A stretch of 63,866 bases of DNA, filler included, from Octopus bimaculoides (GCF_001194135.2; 4 parts of 3 records of this genome joined end to end with filler, not necessarily neighbours in it); one strand, 5' to 3'; counted from the whole stretch's first letter, positions 27,701 through 41,390 are shown. Notes: generated by a model from the letters alone, not told the origin. Numbers and translations: made by a program.

Positions 27701-28164
27701 NNNNNNNNNNNNNNNNNNNNNNNNNNNNNNNNNNNNNNNNNNNNNNNNNNNNNNNNNNNNNNNNNNNNNNNNNNNNNNNNNNNNNNNNNNNNNNNNNNNN
27801 NNNNNNNNNNNNNNNNNNNNNNNNNNNNNNNNNNNNNNNNNNNNNNNNNNNNNNNNNNNNNNNNNNNNNNNNNNNNNNNNNNNNNNNNNNNNNNNNNNNN
27901 NNNNNNNNNNNNNNNNNNNNNNNNNNNNNNNNNNNNNNNNNNNNNNNNNNNNNNNNNNNNNNNNNNNNNNNNNNNNNNNNNNNNNNNNNNNNNNNNNNNN
28001 NNNNNNNNNNNNNNNNNNNNNNNNNNNNNNNNNNNNNNNNNNNNNNNNNNTATATATATATATATATATATAAATTTTAACGGCGTATAAGTCACTAATT
28101 CATGTAACGTTTATTTCTTTTTAGATTTAACTATTTAGAAAATGATAAAGTGAGCCAGTTTAAT

Positions 28165-29320
28165 CTTTGAACAAAGGAAACTTAATCTAAAGTGCTGCTT
28201 GACTTTTTGAATGCACAGTCGAAGTGCAAAGACAGTCTAAAATGAAGTTTGAAACAGATGCACCTACAAGACTTACCACAACTCGAATTAAATATGAGTT
28301 TGAAGTAGCTGGAACTGTTCAGAATATTCACATGAAACATTCCAGGAGACCGCTGACATCGACAACACCCACAAAGTGAAAACGCATACGAGAATCGCGT
28401 TGCTAGAATTCAAGAAAATCTATGCAGTGAGCATGGTGTGAGATAGAAATTTCAAAATCAAACGTTCATCGTATTTTTGTCATTGAAGACAATCATGTGC
28501 AAAGAGGGGTCCAATGATGTCAATGAAGATAATGTGTTGCGTAGAGTGGCGTTTTGTGAGTGGTATTTGGTTTTATGTGCACAAGTTAAACGATTTTCAC
28601 TAAGGATTGTTCGGAACGGGTACTCCTTTACTTGTTTCAGTTATTTGACTGCAGCCATGCTGGAGCACCACCTTTAGTCGAGCAAATCGACCCCAGGACG
28701 TTTTCTTTTGTAAGCCTATTACTTATTCTATCGGTCACTATTGCCGAACCGCTAAGTGACGGGGACATAAACACACCTGCATCGGTTGTCAAGCAATACA
28801 AAGGAGGACAAACACAGACACACAGACATACATTTAAATTAAATGGCTGGGTTAATTTCCACACTTGCACCATCTGAGGACTTCAGACTCCGCGTATTAG
28901 GGAAGAAAATCATATTGATTTGTTAGGACTAATTATCAAAATGCTTCATTGGGTTTATTTATTTCCAACAATCTAGAAAGCCAAGCATTCAAGAGAACTC
29001 TGAAAATGTGGAGTTGTATATCCCACCAGCTAGAGCACTCCCACACTACCATAAAAAATTAAGTGCCCTCCAAATCTTCGATGAGATTTTCCTATGCAGG
29101 TAGATTGGACGGGGTTTAGAAGAATACTCTCGACGTTAATTGGCCTCACACTACTAAATTTTTTATAAGGAAATATAAAAGATAAATTTTATGGTTTATA
29201 ATTAATAACAATTAACGACCTGAAGGCAGTCATTGAATGCTCACAAATACCGAACGAAATGTTTGTTGGTAACTGTGAATCCTGTGATTTGCTTTATTAC
29301 TTAGAAAATGGTGTTCATAA
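28165..29320 (+). mobile_element. Tc1/mariner transposase relic (DD41D/Visitor-like), split by a SINE
   Basis: FEQRKL..VEVQRQ..TDAPTRLTTTRIKYEFEVAGTVQNIH..ISKSNVHRI..NEDNVLRRVAFCEWYL; after the SINE it resumes with FKLNGWVNFHTC, then ALPHYH..*IGRG..GNIKDK. Confidence 0.8.
28630..28830 (-). mobile_element. SINE family A 3' half nested in the mariner relic
   Basis: ttacttgtttcagttatttgactgcagccatgctggagcaccacctttagtcgagcaaatcgaccccagg... Confidence 0.9.
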
Positions 29321-29458
29321 AAATTTAACTGTCTGTAGATGTGTTGAATTTTGAAAATTAAATGTTTTGTAATAGACAGCGACTTTATGATCACACAATG
29401 CATTTTAGGGACGGTATATATATATATTTACGTTTGTGTGTGTGTGTGTGTGTGTGTA

Positions 29459-29770
29459 TTACTGGCACTCCGTCGGTTACGACGACGACAGTTCCAGTTG
29501 ATCCGATCCTGATCGTGAAATTAACGTGCAAGTGGCTGAGAACTCCACAGACATACGTGCCATTAACGTAGTTCTCAGGGACATTCAGCGTGACGGAGAA
29601 TGAGACAAGGCCATTTGAAATACAGGTACTACTCAGTCTTTCCACCTAAGTGAACCGGAACAATGTGAAATAAAGCGTCTTGCTCAAGGACACAACGCGT
29701 CGCCGTGAATTGAACTCACGACCTTACGAATGTGAGCCGAATACCCTAACCATTACGTCACGCGCCTTCA
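29459..29770 (-). mobile_element. tRNA-derived SINE (family C), apparently complete
   Basis: The minus strand starts gtgaaggcgcgtgacgtaatggttagggtattcggctcacattcgtaaggtcgtgagttcaattc (A and B boxes), then gtgtccttgagcaagacgctttatttcac. Confidence 0.85.
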
Positions 29771-29796
29771 CACACACACACACATATATATATATA

Positions 29797-29896
29797 NNNN
29801 NNNNNNNNNNNNNNNNNNNNNNNNNNNNNNNNNNNNNNNNTTAATTAATTAANNNNNNNNNNNNNNNNNNNNNNNNNNNNNNNNNNNNNNNNNNNN
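29797..29896. other. Artificial 100-bp scaffold join N44-TTAATTAATTAA-N44
   Basis: The same 44+12+44 layout occurs three times; the 12-mer has stop codons in all six frames. Confidence 0.95.
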
Positions 29897-30035
29897 TAAT
29901 GCGTATATGTACACTGATGAGAAGGTTACAATTTTAATATCAAAGATCCCTATGGATCACACAGGTTGTAATCCTTTGAAACATGTAGGAATAAAGTATG
30001 CAATTATAACATGCGTTTTCTCCATTCCTTAAATT

Positions 30036-30074
<39 letters not shown>

Positions 30075-30076
<2 letters not shown>

Positions 30077-30310
30077 GTGTGTGTCTTCGTGTCTGTGTTT
30101 TTCCCCCACTCACCCACCCACTACTTGATGGCCGGTGTTGGTGTGTTTACATTCTCCATAACTTCGCAGTTTGGCACAAGAAGCTGATGGAGTAAGTGCT
30201 AGGCTTAAAAACAATAAATTCTGTGGTTGATTTCTTTGACTAAACCCCTTTAAGACGATGCTCCAGCATGGTTGTATTCAGATGACTAAAACAAGTAAAA
30301 GAATAAAAGA
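30075..30310 (+). mobile_element. SINE family A, 3' half (CpG-decayed)
   Basis: ctacttgatggccggtgttggtgtgtttacattctccataactt..gctccagcatggttgt..aaacaagtaaaagaata. Confidence 0.75.
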
Positions 30311-31685
30311 ACTGTTTATGGGTAGTGAAAAAGAGGGTGGTAAAAGATAAGAAGAACCACCCTAGATGATATGGTGTATGAAGTACTTGAGATCAAATTC
30401 TCTCTGAGTTGACTTTTTACTTTAGTGTTGTTGTCATGAGGTACCAGTAATATAGGAGATGATCAACTAACTTGTACAAAAAGGCTCAGTCCACAAGGAA
30501 GAAATTAATTGCAATGAGATACTAAAAAAGTTCTTATGAAATTACTTATGCTAGAAATAGCTGCTGATTTTCCTCACATATCACCCTACCATCTTAAAAG
30601 ATGGAAAGATACTCTAGATAAATTAGTTCTCTGATATGCAAAAGAAAAGACATGGCTACAGATGCAATGTTTTTGCTGCTAGGTCTGCTCAGTCAAGGAT
30701 GATCTCAGCTAAGTAACTATCACCACCTCAGATTTAGAGGATCTTTTCTGTGGAAATTTTAAAGTTTTGTGAAAATTTTAAAATTTAGTGTATTAATGTA
30801 ATTTTCCAAGCTGAATCTCAAGAGATAATTCACTTTTGCCAGAAAAATTTTTTGAAAAAGTTACACAGGTTTAAAATTTGATTATTTTTACCCAGTCAGA
30901 AAACAGGATTTGGAAGCTGTCATTTTGTACATGACACTGTGTTGTCAACTGTAAACAAATGGAATATTGGTGGAATCCTGTTTTACACATGCCATATAAC
31001 CCCTCATAACTTTTTTATTTTTTGGAATTTTTAGAAAATTCTTGTGATTTTGTATTCTGCACATAGGAATTCATATGATTATGCCACCTTCCCCCCAAAA
31101 TAAATTTTCCTACGTGATTTAAGGCCTATTTAGCTGTTATTTTTAGCACATCTCATACTGCATGTGTTTAAGCATTTAATAAACGACAAAAAGAACATGT
31201 GGTAAGCAGCTTGGTAACTGCTTTAGCTTGTTACTATGGAAACAGGCACCTATATGTCTGTGGCTTTCAATTGGCTAAAATTACCCCAAATTTGCAAACT
31301 TTAAAAGTTATTAACTCTTTATTCATTTATGGTGAAAATGAAGTTCATGTCAATGATTACTTTACAAAACCACACCAATACACCAAATATGAAATCAACT
31401 AGAAAAAAATTGAAGAAATTGAAAAGTGGCAGCCAAACAGAAAAGATCTGGTTTAGATAGTAAGGGAAAGTGGATGTGTTGCATTCAAGCTTTTCTAAAC
31501 TAAAGAAGCACAGATCTTTGAATGAAACACTTGACTGGGGTTTCATGCTTAAATATATATGAATGATGTTTTCAGCTTTTAAAACTTTCCTCCAAAATTA
31601 AAGATTGCCAATGTTTCTAACATTAGTATCAATGCAACCACATAATTTTAAATTACTAATGTCAGTTTTAATTATTTCTCTTCAG

Positions 31686-31752
31686 GTTTTCCTGGATTTA
31701 CCATCTTTCTTAATAATTGTCGTCCACCAGTTCCTGGCAATAGTTCAATCAG
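31686..31752 (+). CDS. Candidate internal coding exon (67 bp), (G)FPGFTIFLNNCRPPVPGNSSI(R), product unknown
   Basis: Strong acceptor attatttctcttcag, donor CAG|gtattt, open frame in phase 1 to 2, locally raised GC/CpG in CpG-poor DNA. No protein recognised. Confidence 0.35.
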
Positions 31753-32083
31753 GTATTTCTCTTTTAATTACTTTCCTACTGTTGCAAATCCTTTATTGAT
31801 GGCATTCAGTTTCATTCCCTCGATGTCTACTTCATATATATGTTAAACAACTAGATATGTGAATTTCAGATTTGTGATTTCATTCTAGGGACAAGAGACA
31901 TTGACAACCATCTAAAGGATTATGTAAAACCTCAGGCAATAAATTTAAAGTATGAATAATTTGAATGGTTGTGTTTTTAGTATTGTTTCTACTCTCACAC
32001 AGATTAATGCTAAAACCACTTACATAAATTGTGATTGAAAAGTTTTACAGACACTGTTGACAATATCTAATTCAGAAATTATT

Positions 32084-32087
<4 letters not shown>

Positions 32088-32168
<81 letters not shown>
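32088..32168. repeat. (GA)n microsatellite
   Basis: Directly visible run. Confidence 0.97.
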
Positions 32169-32172
<4 letters not shown>

Positions 32173-32704
32173 ACAATATATAGAAATTTACAAAAAATGC
32201 AGGCTTATCCACTATGAGATTTGTACATAATCAAGGATCTTTCAGTTCTGAGTAGTCAAAAGAAATTTTATTTTCAAAGTTTGTAATGTTAGATGATAAA
32301 TGTTTGCCATACCTTTGTCAGCCAAACTGAAAATTCACAGTTCAGTGCTTTCTATTAAGAAGTATATCCAGCTGTGCAAATACTTGTTCCAACAATTCAT
32401 TTGAAAGTATCAAAATTTTTAGTCTCATCTCACCAGTTAGCAACTAGCAGTGAATGTAAGTTAGTAAAAAAAAATGTAGTTTTAGTTCTTTTTAAATCAA
32501 CATTTAAGTCAAATTCATTTCTGGCTTACTGCTTATCTGATGCAATTACTGCAAATTAAATTCTTCCTTGTAGATAAAGAGTGCCACTGCTAAGAATGTT
32601 GAAAAACCTGCAAGCTGAGAAGTAAACCAAATTCCCTTTGTTCAATTTTGAGAAAATCCATTATTTTGACAATTCTAAAGATTTAGTTAGATATGAAGCT
32701 TTCC

Positions 32705-32752
32705 TTCACATCATCATCATCATCATCATCGTTTAACGTCCGCTTTCCATGC
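32705..32752 (-). mobile_element. RTE-like short repeat (family B) terminus, runs into N gap
   Basis: (cat)n-cgtttaacgtccgctttccatgc, identical to the start of the 57443 copy. Confidence 0.7.
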
Positions 32753-33774
32753 NNNNNNNNNNNNNNNNNNNNNNNNNNNNNNNNNNNNNNNNNNNNNNNN
32801 NNNNNNNNNNNNNNNNNNNNNNNNNNNNNNNNNNNNNNNNNNNNNNNNNNNNNNNNNNNNNNNNNNNNNNNNNNNNNNNNNNNNNNNNNNNNNNNNNNNN
32901 NNNNNNNNNNNNNNNNNNNNNNNNNNNNNNNNNNNNNNNNNNNNNNNNNNNNNNNNNNNNNNNNNNNNNNNNNNNNNNNNNNNNNNNNNNNNNNNNNNNN
33001 NNNNNNNNNNNNNNNNNNNNNNNNNNNNNNNNNNNNNNNNNNNNNNNNNNNNNNNNNNNNNNNNNNNNNNNNNNNNNNNNNNNNNNNNNNNNNNNNNNNN
33101 NNNNNNNNNNNNNNNNNNNNNNNNNNNNNNNNNNNNNNNNNNNNNNNNNNNNNNNNNNNNNNNNNNNNNNNNNNNNNNNNNNNNNNNNNNNNNNNNNNNN
33201 NNNNNNNNNNNNNNNNNNNNNNNNNNNNNNNNNNNNNNNNNNNNNNNNNNNNNNNNNNNNNNNNNNNNNNNNNNNNNNNNNNNNNNNNNNNNNNNNNNNN
33301 NNNNNNNNNNNNNNNNNNNNNNNNNNNNNNNNNNNNNNNNNNNNNNNNNNNNNNNNNNNNNNNNNNNNNNNNNNNNNNNNNNNNNNNNNNNNNNNNNNNN
33401 NNNNNNNNNNNNNNNNNNNNNNNNNNNNNNNNNNNCTTGCACACCACAACTGATGCTTCTAATGTTCAGCTTTTCTCTCAAGACATCATCAAATTAACTC
33501 AGTTTTTGTCATATTTGTAATATATTTTTCCTAACAGTAGTAATATAAATGTGGACAAAGCTCATTAACTTATCTTTTTCTTGAGTTTTTCTTTTCAGCC
33601 TGTGATAGTTGATGAAAATTATTTTGATTTAGGAATAGAAATTAAAAATAAAATGGAGCCCTGGAGTTTATGTGAAAGGATGAAAAGTTTTAAAAGGAGA
33701 GGGAAAAAAAAAGTTAAGATTTATTTGTAGGTTAAAATATTTTTCATTAACTCTACCTAGTGGTCATTATCGGT

Positions 33775-34001
33775 TTAACCCTTTAGCATTCAGATTATCC
33801 TGTCAAATGTAATATTGAGTTATTCATATTGTTTGAATTTATTATGCATTAACTCGTAGCTTTCAGATTTTGATGATGTGATTGTTTATATTTACACAAT
33901 GACCTAATAGGATAGGTGTGAGAAGCCAAATCTGGCCAGTGAACATAAAACGGGTAGAACATTTTGGCCGGATATGACCGGTTTAAATGCTAAAAGGTTA
34001 A
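33775..34001. mobile_element. piggyBac-type MITE flanked by TTAA
   Basis: TTAA-ccctttagcatt ... aatgctaaaagg-TTAA (12-bp TIR, 1 mismatch; TTAA at 33775-33778 and 33998-34001). Confidence 0.8.
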
Positions 34002-34506
34002 GTTTCATTTTTCCTCACTGACTTTGATTGCATAGTCTTAATCTGATTAGTCAATCTCTCTCTATTGATCCCTTTCTTTTAATATTCAATTTGTGAGGCT
34101 TAACTTTCCAAGATCTACCTTTAAACCTCCCTTAATTCTTCTCTTTCAGTGGTACTGGTTATTTCTGTTTCTGGGTTAAAATTCTTCTTCTCACAATAAC
34201 ATTGTATTAATATTGATGCAGTAGAGTTTGAGATTGGTTTTGATTCCTGAATTATTATCTTCATTTACATCATTAATATGAAACATACATTCATTAGATC
34301 AAATATTATTACTGTATAACCATTGTACTGTGTACACGAGCAAGGCATATAACACTAATTGCGTAAGTCTCTCTAGTTGACAAAGTAGTTCCGCTCCTAT
34401 AATGTAGTTAAATGGTTATTTGTAGTATTGTAAAATTGTGGGGGGAAAAAAGACAAATTTTGGTTTCTACTCTATTAAATGTTTAACAAAGAAGTTTTAA
34501 TTTCTT

Positions 34507-34724
34507 TTAACCCTTTCGTTACTGTATTTATTTTGAGATGCTCTGTGTTTCTTTTAATTAATTTTAAATATAACAAAGAATTTAGTAAAATAACTTAATT
34601 ATCATTAAGCTAGTATTAGGAACATAAATTGTGACTAAGATTTGGTGGAAGATTTTAATTCAAAACTTATGCAAACAAAATATTTGTACTCAGAGCCAGA
34701 GCTGGTTTCAGCTGGGTTGGTAGC
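34507..34724. mobile_element. Probable second TTAA-CCC MITE, right TIR missing
   Basis: Begins ttaaccctttcgttac; ends gggttggtagc without the closing aaagggttaa. Confidence 0.5.
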
Positions 34725-37003
34725 TGCTACAAATCTTTTTTTAAATGCCATTAAAGCCAATTTTGCATTTCCTTATCTCTGGGTTTCAGTAAAATAATGC
34801 CAGTAAAATACTGGTGTCAGTTGAATTAACTTAGAAAAACAACTTTGTATGTTGTTGAAAGACATTCTAATTTTCATGTATCTTCTGAAAATTATCTCTA
34901 CTGTAATCTGAAGAGTTTAGTTCTCATTAATGCTGCATATATGTCATTCCAGTGAGTGGTCTGTTTCAGATTAAATAATAGAGATTTGACTTAGTGAAAA
35001 TAAACTGTGTTGAGTATCTAAATTGATCTTGGAGGTAGAAATGCACTTCATATACTGCCTGATTACAATGTTAAAATATTCCTAGTCATTAATGCACAAA
35101 TATAAACCTTCATATTATAGAAGGAGATGAAATCCAGTTAGTTGTTAAGATAACAAAATGTAACATTTTCTTTTCTTACAGTCAGTGTAAAAAGTATATA
35201 GTAAGAAACAAGACACCTGTTTATTTCAACTATTCTTTATAATACACACAAATACTCCCACTCACACACTAGTTGGTTTTATCTGGATATAGCTCCTAAG
35301 TCAAAGCAAGCAGGAAATGCTTCTTTCTTGTTTGGCAATGTAATATACCACTCATAATTCATGACATTCTATAGTCACTAAGTATGGTGTCTATGTAGTG
35401 TGCATGAAGGTACTTTTCTTAATTATATGCTTGCTCTTCTGCTTTACCTGTTTGAAATAGTTCTTATTAAGTAGCTGTCATCTAATACTTGTGTGGATGG
35501 TCCCTATCTTTTTAAAAAAATAGCTATTTTTACAGTGCATGTTAGAAGATGTTTCCAACTAATATAATGAAGTTAAGCAAATTTTCAAAATATTTTATAA
35601 CTTCTAAACTTTATTTTATAAATAAAACTAACTTTAAAATAGTAAGTTAATTTTTTTTATTCCCTTACTTTCATACTTTTCTCAGTTTATTATCAGTAAT
35701 TATTTATTTAACTCTTATATCATTTTTACATAGTTGCATATATTTTGTGAACAATTGTGTTTTGGTTTCCAAGAACCAGTTGCAGGTTCATAGAGTGTGT
35801 TGGGCATGATGTTTGCTTCTATTTTCATACTACTGCATTGAAAATAGAGAATAGTTGAGGCACATTTATTACTTTCATTGTTACCAAAATAGAATTTAGT
35901 GTAAGGATCTTTATATCTTGCTGTAATATGACAGCATGGTAGCTTAGGAGTGTTAGATCCACAGAATTCAGTTTCATTCCATACTACAGACAGTGCACTT
36001 ATCACTTAACTGAAAAGTAAGTACTGATTCTACAAATTTGAAGAAGCACCCAGCCAATGCTTATATACTGGAAAAGAAAATTAATGAAAGATTGTAGAAT
36101 GTTAAAAAATTGTTCATGAAATTTTTAGCAAGATAATGGACAATAAATGGCTGAAAATATTGTCACTTTGTGTTAGGATGCTTAATTAGAAATTTTAATA
36201 TGACATACTATGCACTGCTGTTATTTCTGAGATAGAATTTTGAAAATATCAAAGCCACTTTGAATTTATTCCTAGGGTCTCAGCTATGTGTTTGTTATTT
36301 TCATGCCTGTTTTTAGATGCCCTAAAAGAATGTTACTAATTTCCCATTGCAATTAAAACATTGCTGGGCAAGTTTTTTGGTTTTCATTTTGACTTTATCT
36401 CAAGCATTTAACATATACTTCTATATAATGGACTTTATTAAAATTATGTAAACTATAACTGGCAGTACTCCAGCTTGGTCACAGCCGTTTGCTCATTTCT
36501 TGCAGATATTTCAGCATTTCTCACTTCTGGAGCAATAATGTGTAGTAGAGGATTTTATTTGCAGCAATAACATTAAATTAAAATATTAGGTTAAAACTAA
36601 AAATAAAAGAAAATCAAGATATAACAAAATAAATTTTTTTTAGGTATAATTAATTTTCTTTACAATAATATTACTGTATTTCATTCAGCTGTAGAGCAGA
36701 TAATTTAAAGCATCTCAACATTTGGATTTTGTCATGAACTTGGCAATATGTAATAGCCATTCCAAAGTAGCCATGTTATACAACTGGAATATACAACTGG
36801 AATGCTTTTGTTCTCTAATTGTAAGTGACCTTTTACGTAAGGTTAACTATCTTTTAATGGGAACAACTAAATGAAATTGCTTCTTATAAAAAAAATTCAA
36901 ACAAACAGAACAAAACAAATAAAGCTTATAATGTTCATATTGCAGACTTGCATTCTGGCTTCTTGCCAAGTTCCTCTACACCAATTTTGGTCAATAATCT
37001 TAC

Positions 37004-37046
37004 CTTACACTTTTCAGCCCAAGTATCTCTGTTGGCAGTACCGTAA
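37004..37046 (-). CDS. Weak candidate 43-bp exon YGTANRDTWAEKCK
   Basis: Minus-strand acceptor gatttttgcag, donor AAG|gtaaga, inside a 56-codon open frame. Its strand conflicts with the + candidates. Confidence 0.2.
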
Positions 37047-37917
37047 CTGCAAAAATCAACGTATTTCTTACTTTTGTCTCCAACTATATTTTCTGTACTA
37101 TAGCTTTACTGTTTACTTCTTATTTGTAATGCCTATAGTTGCCAAATGTAACGAAGTCTCCTCTGTCTCTATGCAAAGTAACTGGACATCGTTACCATCT
37201 AACTATCATCTTCAAAGTCTACTTCATCATGTTAAGATGCTTCATTACTACAGATTCATAGTATTTAAGATGAGATGTTAAAAAATACAACTGTGTGAGA
37301 CATTTGAACCAGAATGTTAAATTCTGGATTTGTCTGAAAAAAAACCTGTTTATATTCTTTTAATGACATATTTCAAAGAGAGTTAAAATTGAGTAGCCAA
37401 GATATAATTGTGAAGTGTCGCTGTAATGACATTCAATGAAAAGAAAGAGATCTTCAATACAGGCATCACCCTTGTTACAGAAGCAATGTACTCCTGAAAA
37501 TCTTGCCCTATTGTGGAATTTTGTTATGTGAAATCTATTTCCCATTGATTTCTATGTTCATCAAATTCCTTGTAACTTGGAAGCTGATAATAAATGAGTT
37601 TCATATTACAGAATTGCAAGTTCCAAGATTTTCTGGAACACACTTTTTTTCAATGATGCAGTGGATCTCTGTTTATTAAACGGAGAATAAGGAAAATGGG
37701 ATATTCTCAATAGAATTACAGAGGGTTCAATTGCAGAAATTGTTGTAGAGAGAAAGCAATTAAAAACATGGACAGGGACAGCTTTAGACTTTTTAAGAAT
37801 AGCTGTAAGTTTCAAGTTGAGTTTGGTATTACCATTAGTCATTCGCTTAGCATATGACATGTTGTTTAGTTCCAGTCAGCTCTCAATGTGGAAACCTGTG
37901 AGACATATGTAGTAAAA

Positions 37918-37970
37918 TAGCAGTTATGCCAGCATGGAAAGCGGACGTTAATTAATGATGGTGATGATGA
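37918..37970 (+). mobile_element. Family B terminus fragment
   Basis: gccagcatggaaagcggacgttaattaatgatggtgatgatga, reverse complement of the family B start. Confidence 0.65.
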
Positions 37971-39740
37971 GGTGCAAATACAGATTCATTGTTTTAGGCA
38001 GATGCTCTTAATATTTTTAAATTAAAAAAAAAAAAAATTATTAGGTTAGTCTGGATGAAGACTATGTGATACTGTTGAGACTAATATGGTTAATGAATGG
38101 TTGTAAGTTGATGGCTGCTAAGGGAATTCTACAAGCACTTAATGTCCTGAGAAGGGAGGAATGATGTTGGAGTGTATATGGCATCTGAGTGGGAGATACA
38201 ATATGAGCAACAAGTTGAGAATGAATTGGGAATCTCTGGTTGAAGGGGTACAAACCAGCTAGCTGAGGAGCAGAGGCCACCATTGTAATAGTGGGAATGG
38301 TAATGAGAGCCAGCATATCTGCAGGCCAGCATACTGGTGACTTCATCTAAATAAGTTGATTGAATTTTCTATGAATGATGTCTGCTAGCAGTACCATCCC
38401 TGTTGTAAGGACAATATTCTGTATAGGTTTAGTAATTATTGGGAGCCAAAGTATTTTTTGACCCTGAAGAGAAAAAAACAGCCTGTGTAATGCAGACTTT
38501 GCTATGTTTAGAATATGTTATCACCAAGAGAAAGGTCAGCATTTGTTGTAACTTTGAGGTGATCTGGTTGCATGTTGGTGATGTTTAAGGGAAAGGGTAA
38601 GATTTTTTTTTATATGTGTAGTTAGTTATTTTGTCTTGTGCTGTTGAAGGAAACAAAATTGGTATGGTCCTGTTTGCTGATGTTAAATACAAAATCAGTT
38701 TTCACCTAATGTGGTATTTAGATGCATGGCACAATGTACTGCCACCCTTCCCTTCCAAAACAAAGGGAAGAATTGATCTCTAGGTTTTTTTGCCTGACCC
38801 ATATACAACAAGAGGGTATTACATAATGCAGCACTAAGGCACATGAAAACATGTGGATGCCAGGTCAAGCAACAGTGCATCAACAGTGTCAAAAGCAACT
38901 CAGAAAGTGAGAGAGAGAGAGAAGCTTGAGTTAAACAGCATCAAATGAACAAGAGTGGGGAATATTGAGAGACATAGTAAGAGAAGCAGGTGGCAGATAA
39001 TTACTCTATTCACATTAGCAACTAATATCTGGGAAATTGATTAAGCAATCTATAAATTCAATAGTTACTGGTTGATGGAAGTTCATTTGTTTGTCTTTCT
39101 TTTTTTCCCCCTTTTTTTAATAGCACATTTCCTTATGATATCCAGTGAAGGGTTTAAGTTTTCAAAATATGCAATAATAATAATCAGTCATTTAGTGCCA
39201 TTGCTTGGCTCATGGGTGTCCCCTTAAAATACCAAATATGTTTTCTATATTAATACTATGTATGTATCTATGTATATATGCGTGTACATATGTGATATAA
39301 AAAGAAAATATATTGATAGAAAATTTGCTCTGCTTTATGATTGTACAAGAAGATATTATTCTTAGTAAGTGGTTTAATAACACTATTAATCAATTGCTAC
39401 AAAGGCTTCCTGTGACAAATATTATCATCAAGTGGCATTCTAGCTGTAATCATCCTGTTCACTTTTCTGGCATATCACCAGGACTGAATTATTCAGTGTA
39501 TTCATCCATTTTTAACTAATACAGTGAGGTGATGTTTCTAGCTTGTTGTGTGACTGAAAGACCACCTAGACATGCAAAGAACATATAATGGTTCCTTACA
39601 GTTTCCACCTACCAAGTTCACAGAAAAAGCATTGGTTAGTCTTGAGCTATTGTAGAAAATACTTCACCATAATGCAATGCAGTAAGACCAAACTTGAAAT
39701 GTGGTTGCAGATTTTTTGAACCATTCAGCCATGTCTGTGT

Positions 39741-39799
<59 letters not shown>

Positions 39800-40312
39800 T
39801 ACATATATATATATAGCTACCACCAGTATATCAGCTGTTTACAAGTACATAAATTGATACAAATACATGCATGCGCGCACACACACACACACACACTCAC
39901 ACACTGTCTTGAAGAAAACAAACATACTGACCATAGAAATGTTATCAAGTTATATAAGCTTGCAAATACTAAGATATATATATATGTTAAACTTAGATGT
40001 AGAAGTTTGAAGAGCCACAACCTTTTTTTTTTTAACCAAATCCATCTGTCATTGAAATTAGTAGACTGTACAACATGTATAAGAAAAAGGCAATGCTATA
40101 TAGCAGTGAATCATAGATATATATTAGTATTTAGATAGGAAGGAACTGAGTGTGATGTGGAATGTTAACTTATGTAATAATGTCAGTACAAGTGATTTGA
40201 GGAAGTCATTAATCATAAAAGATATTGGTATGAGTGACAACATTGTTAACCTGAACATGTAATGTATATAAAAGATACATAGTAAGTGAATTTGTCATGA
40301 GTTTTTTTTTTA

Positions 40313-40513
40313 CTATTTTACTTGTTTCAGTCTTTTGACTGTGGCCATGCTGGAGCACCGCCTTTAGTCGAGCAAATCGACCCCAGGACTTATTCTTTGG
40401 AAGCCTAGTACTTATTCTATTGGTCTCTTTTGCCGAACCGCTAAGTTACGGGGACATAAACACACCAGCATCGGTTGTCAAGCAATGTTAGGGGGACAAA
40501 CACAGACACACAA

Positions 40514-40588
<75 letters not shown>

Positions 40589-40758
40589 TATATACGACGG
40601 GCTTCTTTCAGTTTCCATCTACCAAATCCACTCACAAGGCTTTGGTCGGCCCGAGGCTATAGTAGAAGACACTCGCCCAAGATGCCACGCAGTGGGACTG
40701 AACCCGGGACCATGTGGTTGGTAAGCAAGCTACTTACCACACAGCCACTCCTATGCCT
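40313..40758 (-). mobile_element. SINE family A, complete and well preserved
   Basis: Tail, (CA)/(TA)n, central domain and tRNA-like head; the minus strand reads ggagtggctgtgtggtaagtagcttgcttaccaaccacatggtcccgggttcagtccc. Confidence 0.92.
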
Positions 40759-41390
40759 ATGTTATGAGTTTGTATTGGAAAATGTGTGGATAAAATGCTC
40801 AAGGAGAGGTGTTAGGACAAATCTGTGAACATTGAGTTTCATGGAGGTGTTTAAAAGTGCTGTATTGCATGCAGACCTATTGAAAGAATGTCAGCATAGA
40901 AAAATAGTGACTGGCTCCGCCTTTTCTTTAAGCTCTCTTATTATCACTAACTGGTAAATAAATACTTTCTTCATATATACATTTGTAGGAAATTAAAAGG
41001 TTATTGCAGAGAGAGTAGAATGCAATAATGGATTATTGATAAATTTTACTTTTATTTCTTATATACCTGTAGAGAGTACACCTTTTCAATCTTGTTGGTA
41101 GAATAGTGCAATGTCAATTAAACAGCATATAAGTTGTGATTGTAGATTTAAAATAGGACAAAGTTCATTCAGTTAAGTATATAACAGGTCATAACTTACA
41201 ACCTTAATCAAGGTAGTGTTTAAAAAAAATGTGTTTGTAAGCATGTACAAATGTAAGTTTGTTAGATAACTTGTAGTGTAAAAAAAAAAAAAAAGTCTTT
41301 TGGAGCATATATATAATTTCAAGAATACTCTGTTGGAAATAGTATTTATAAATGTTCAGTTTTGTTTGTAAAATTAAAATGTTTACAGGT

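Noticed and set aside
32340-32450. Minus-strand MRLKILILSNELLEQVFAQLDIL, F-box-like
   Set aside because: Only 28 codons, no supporting splice context; probably chance.
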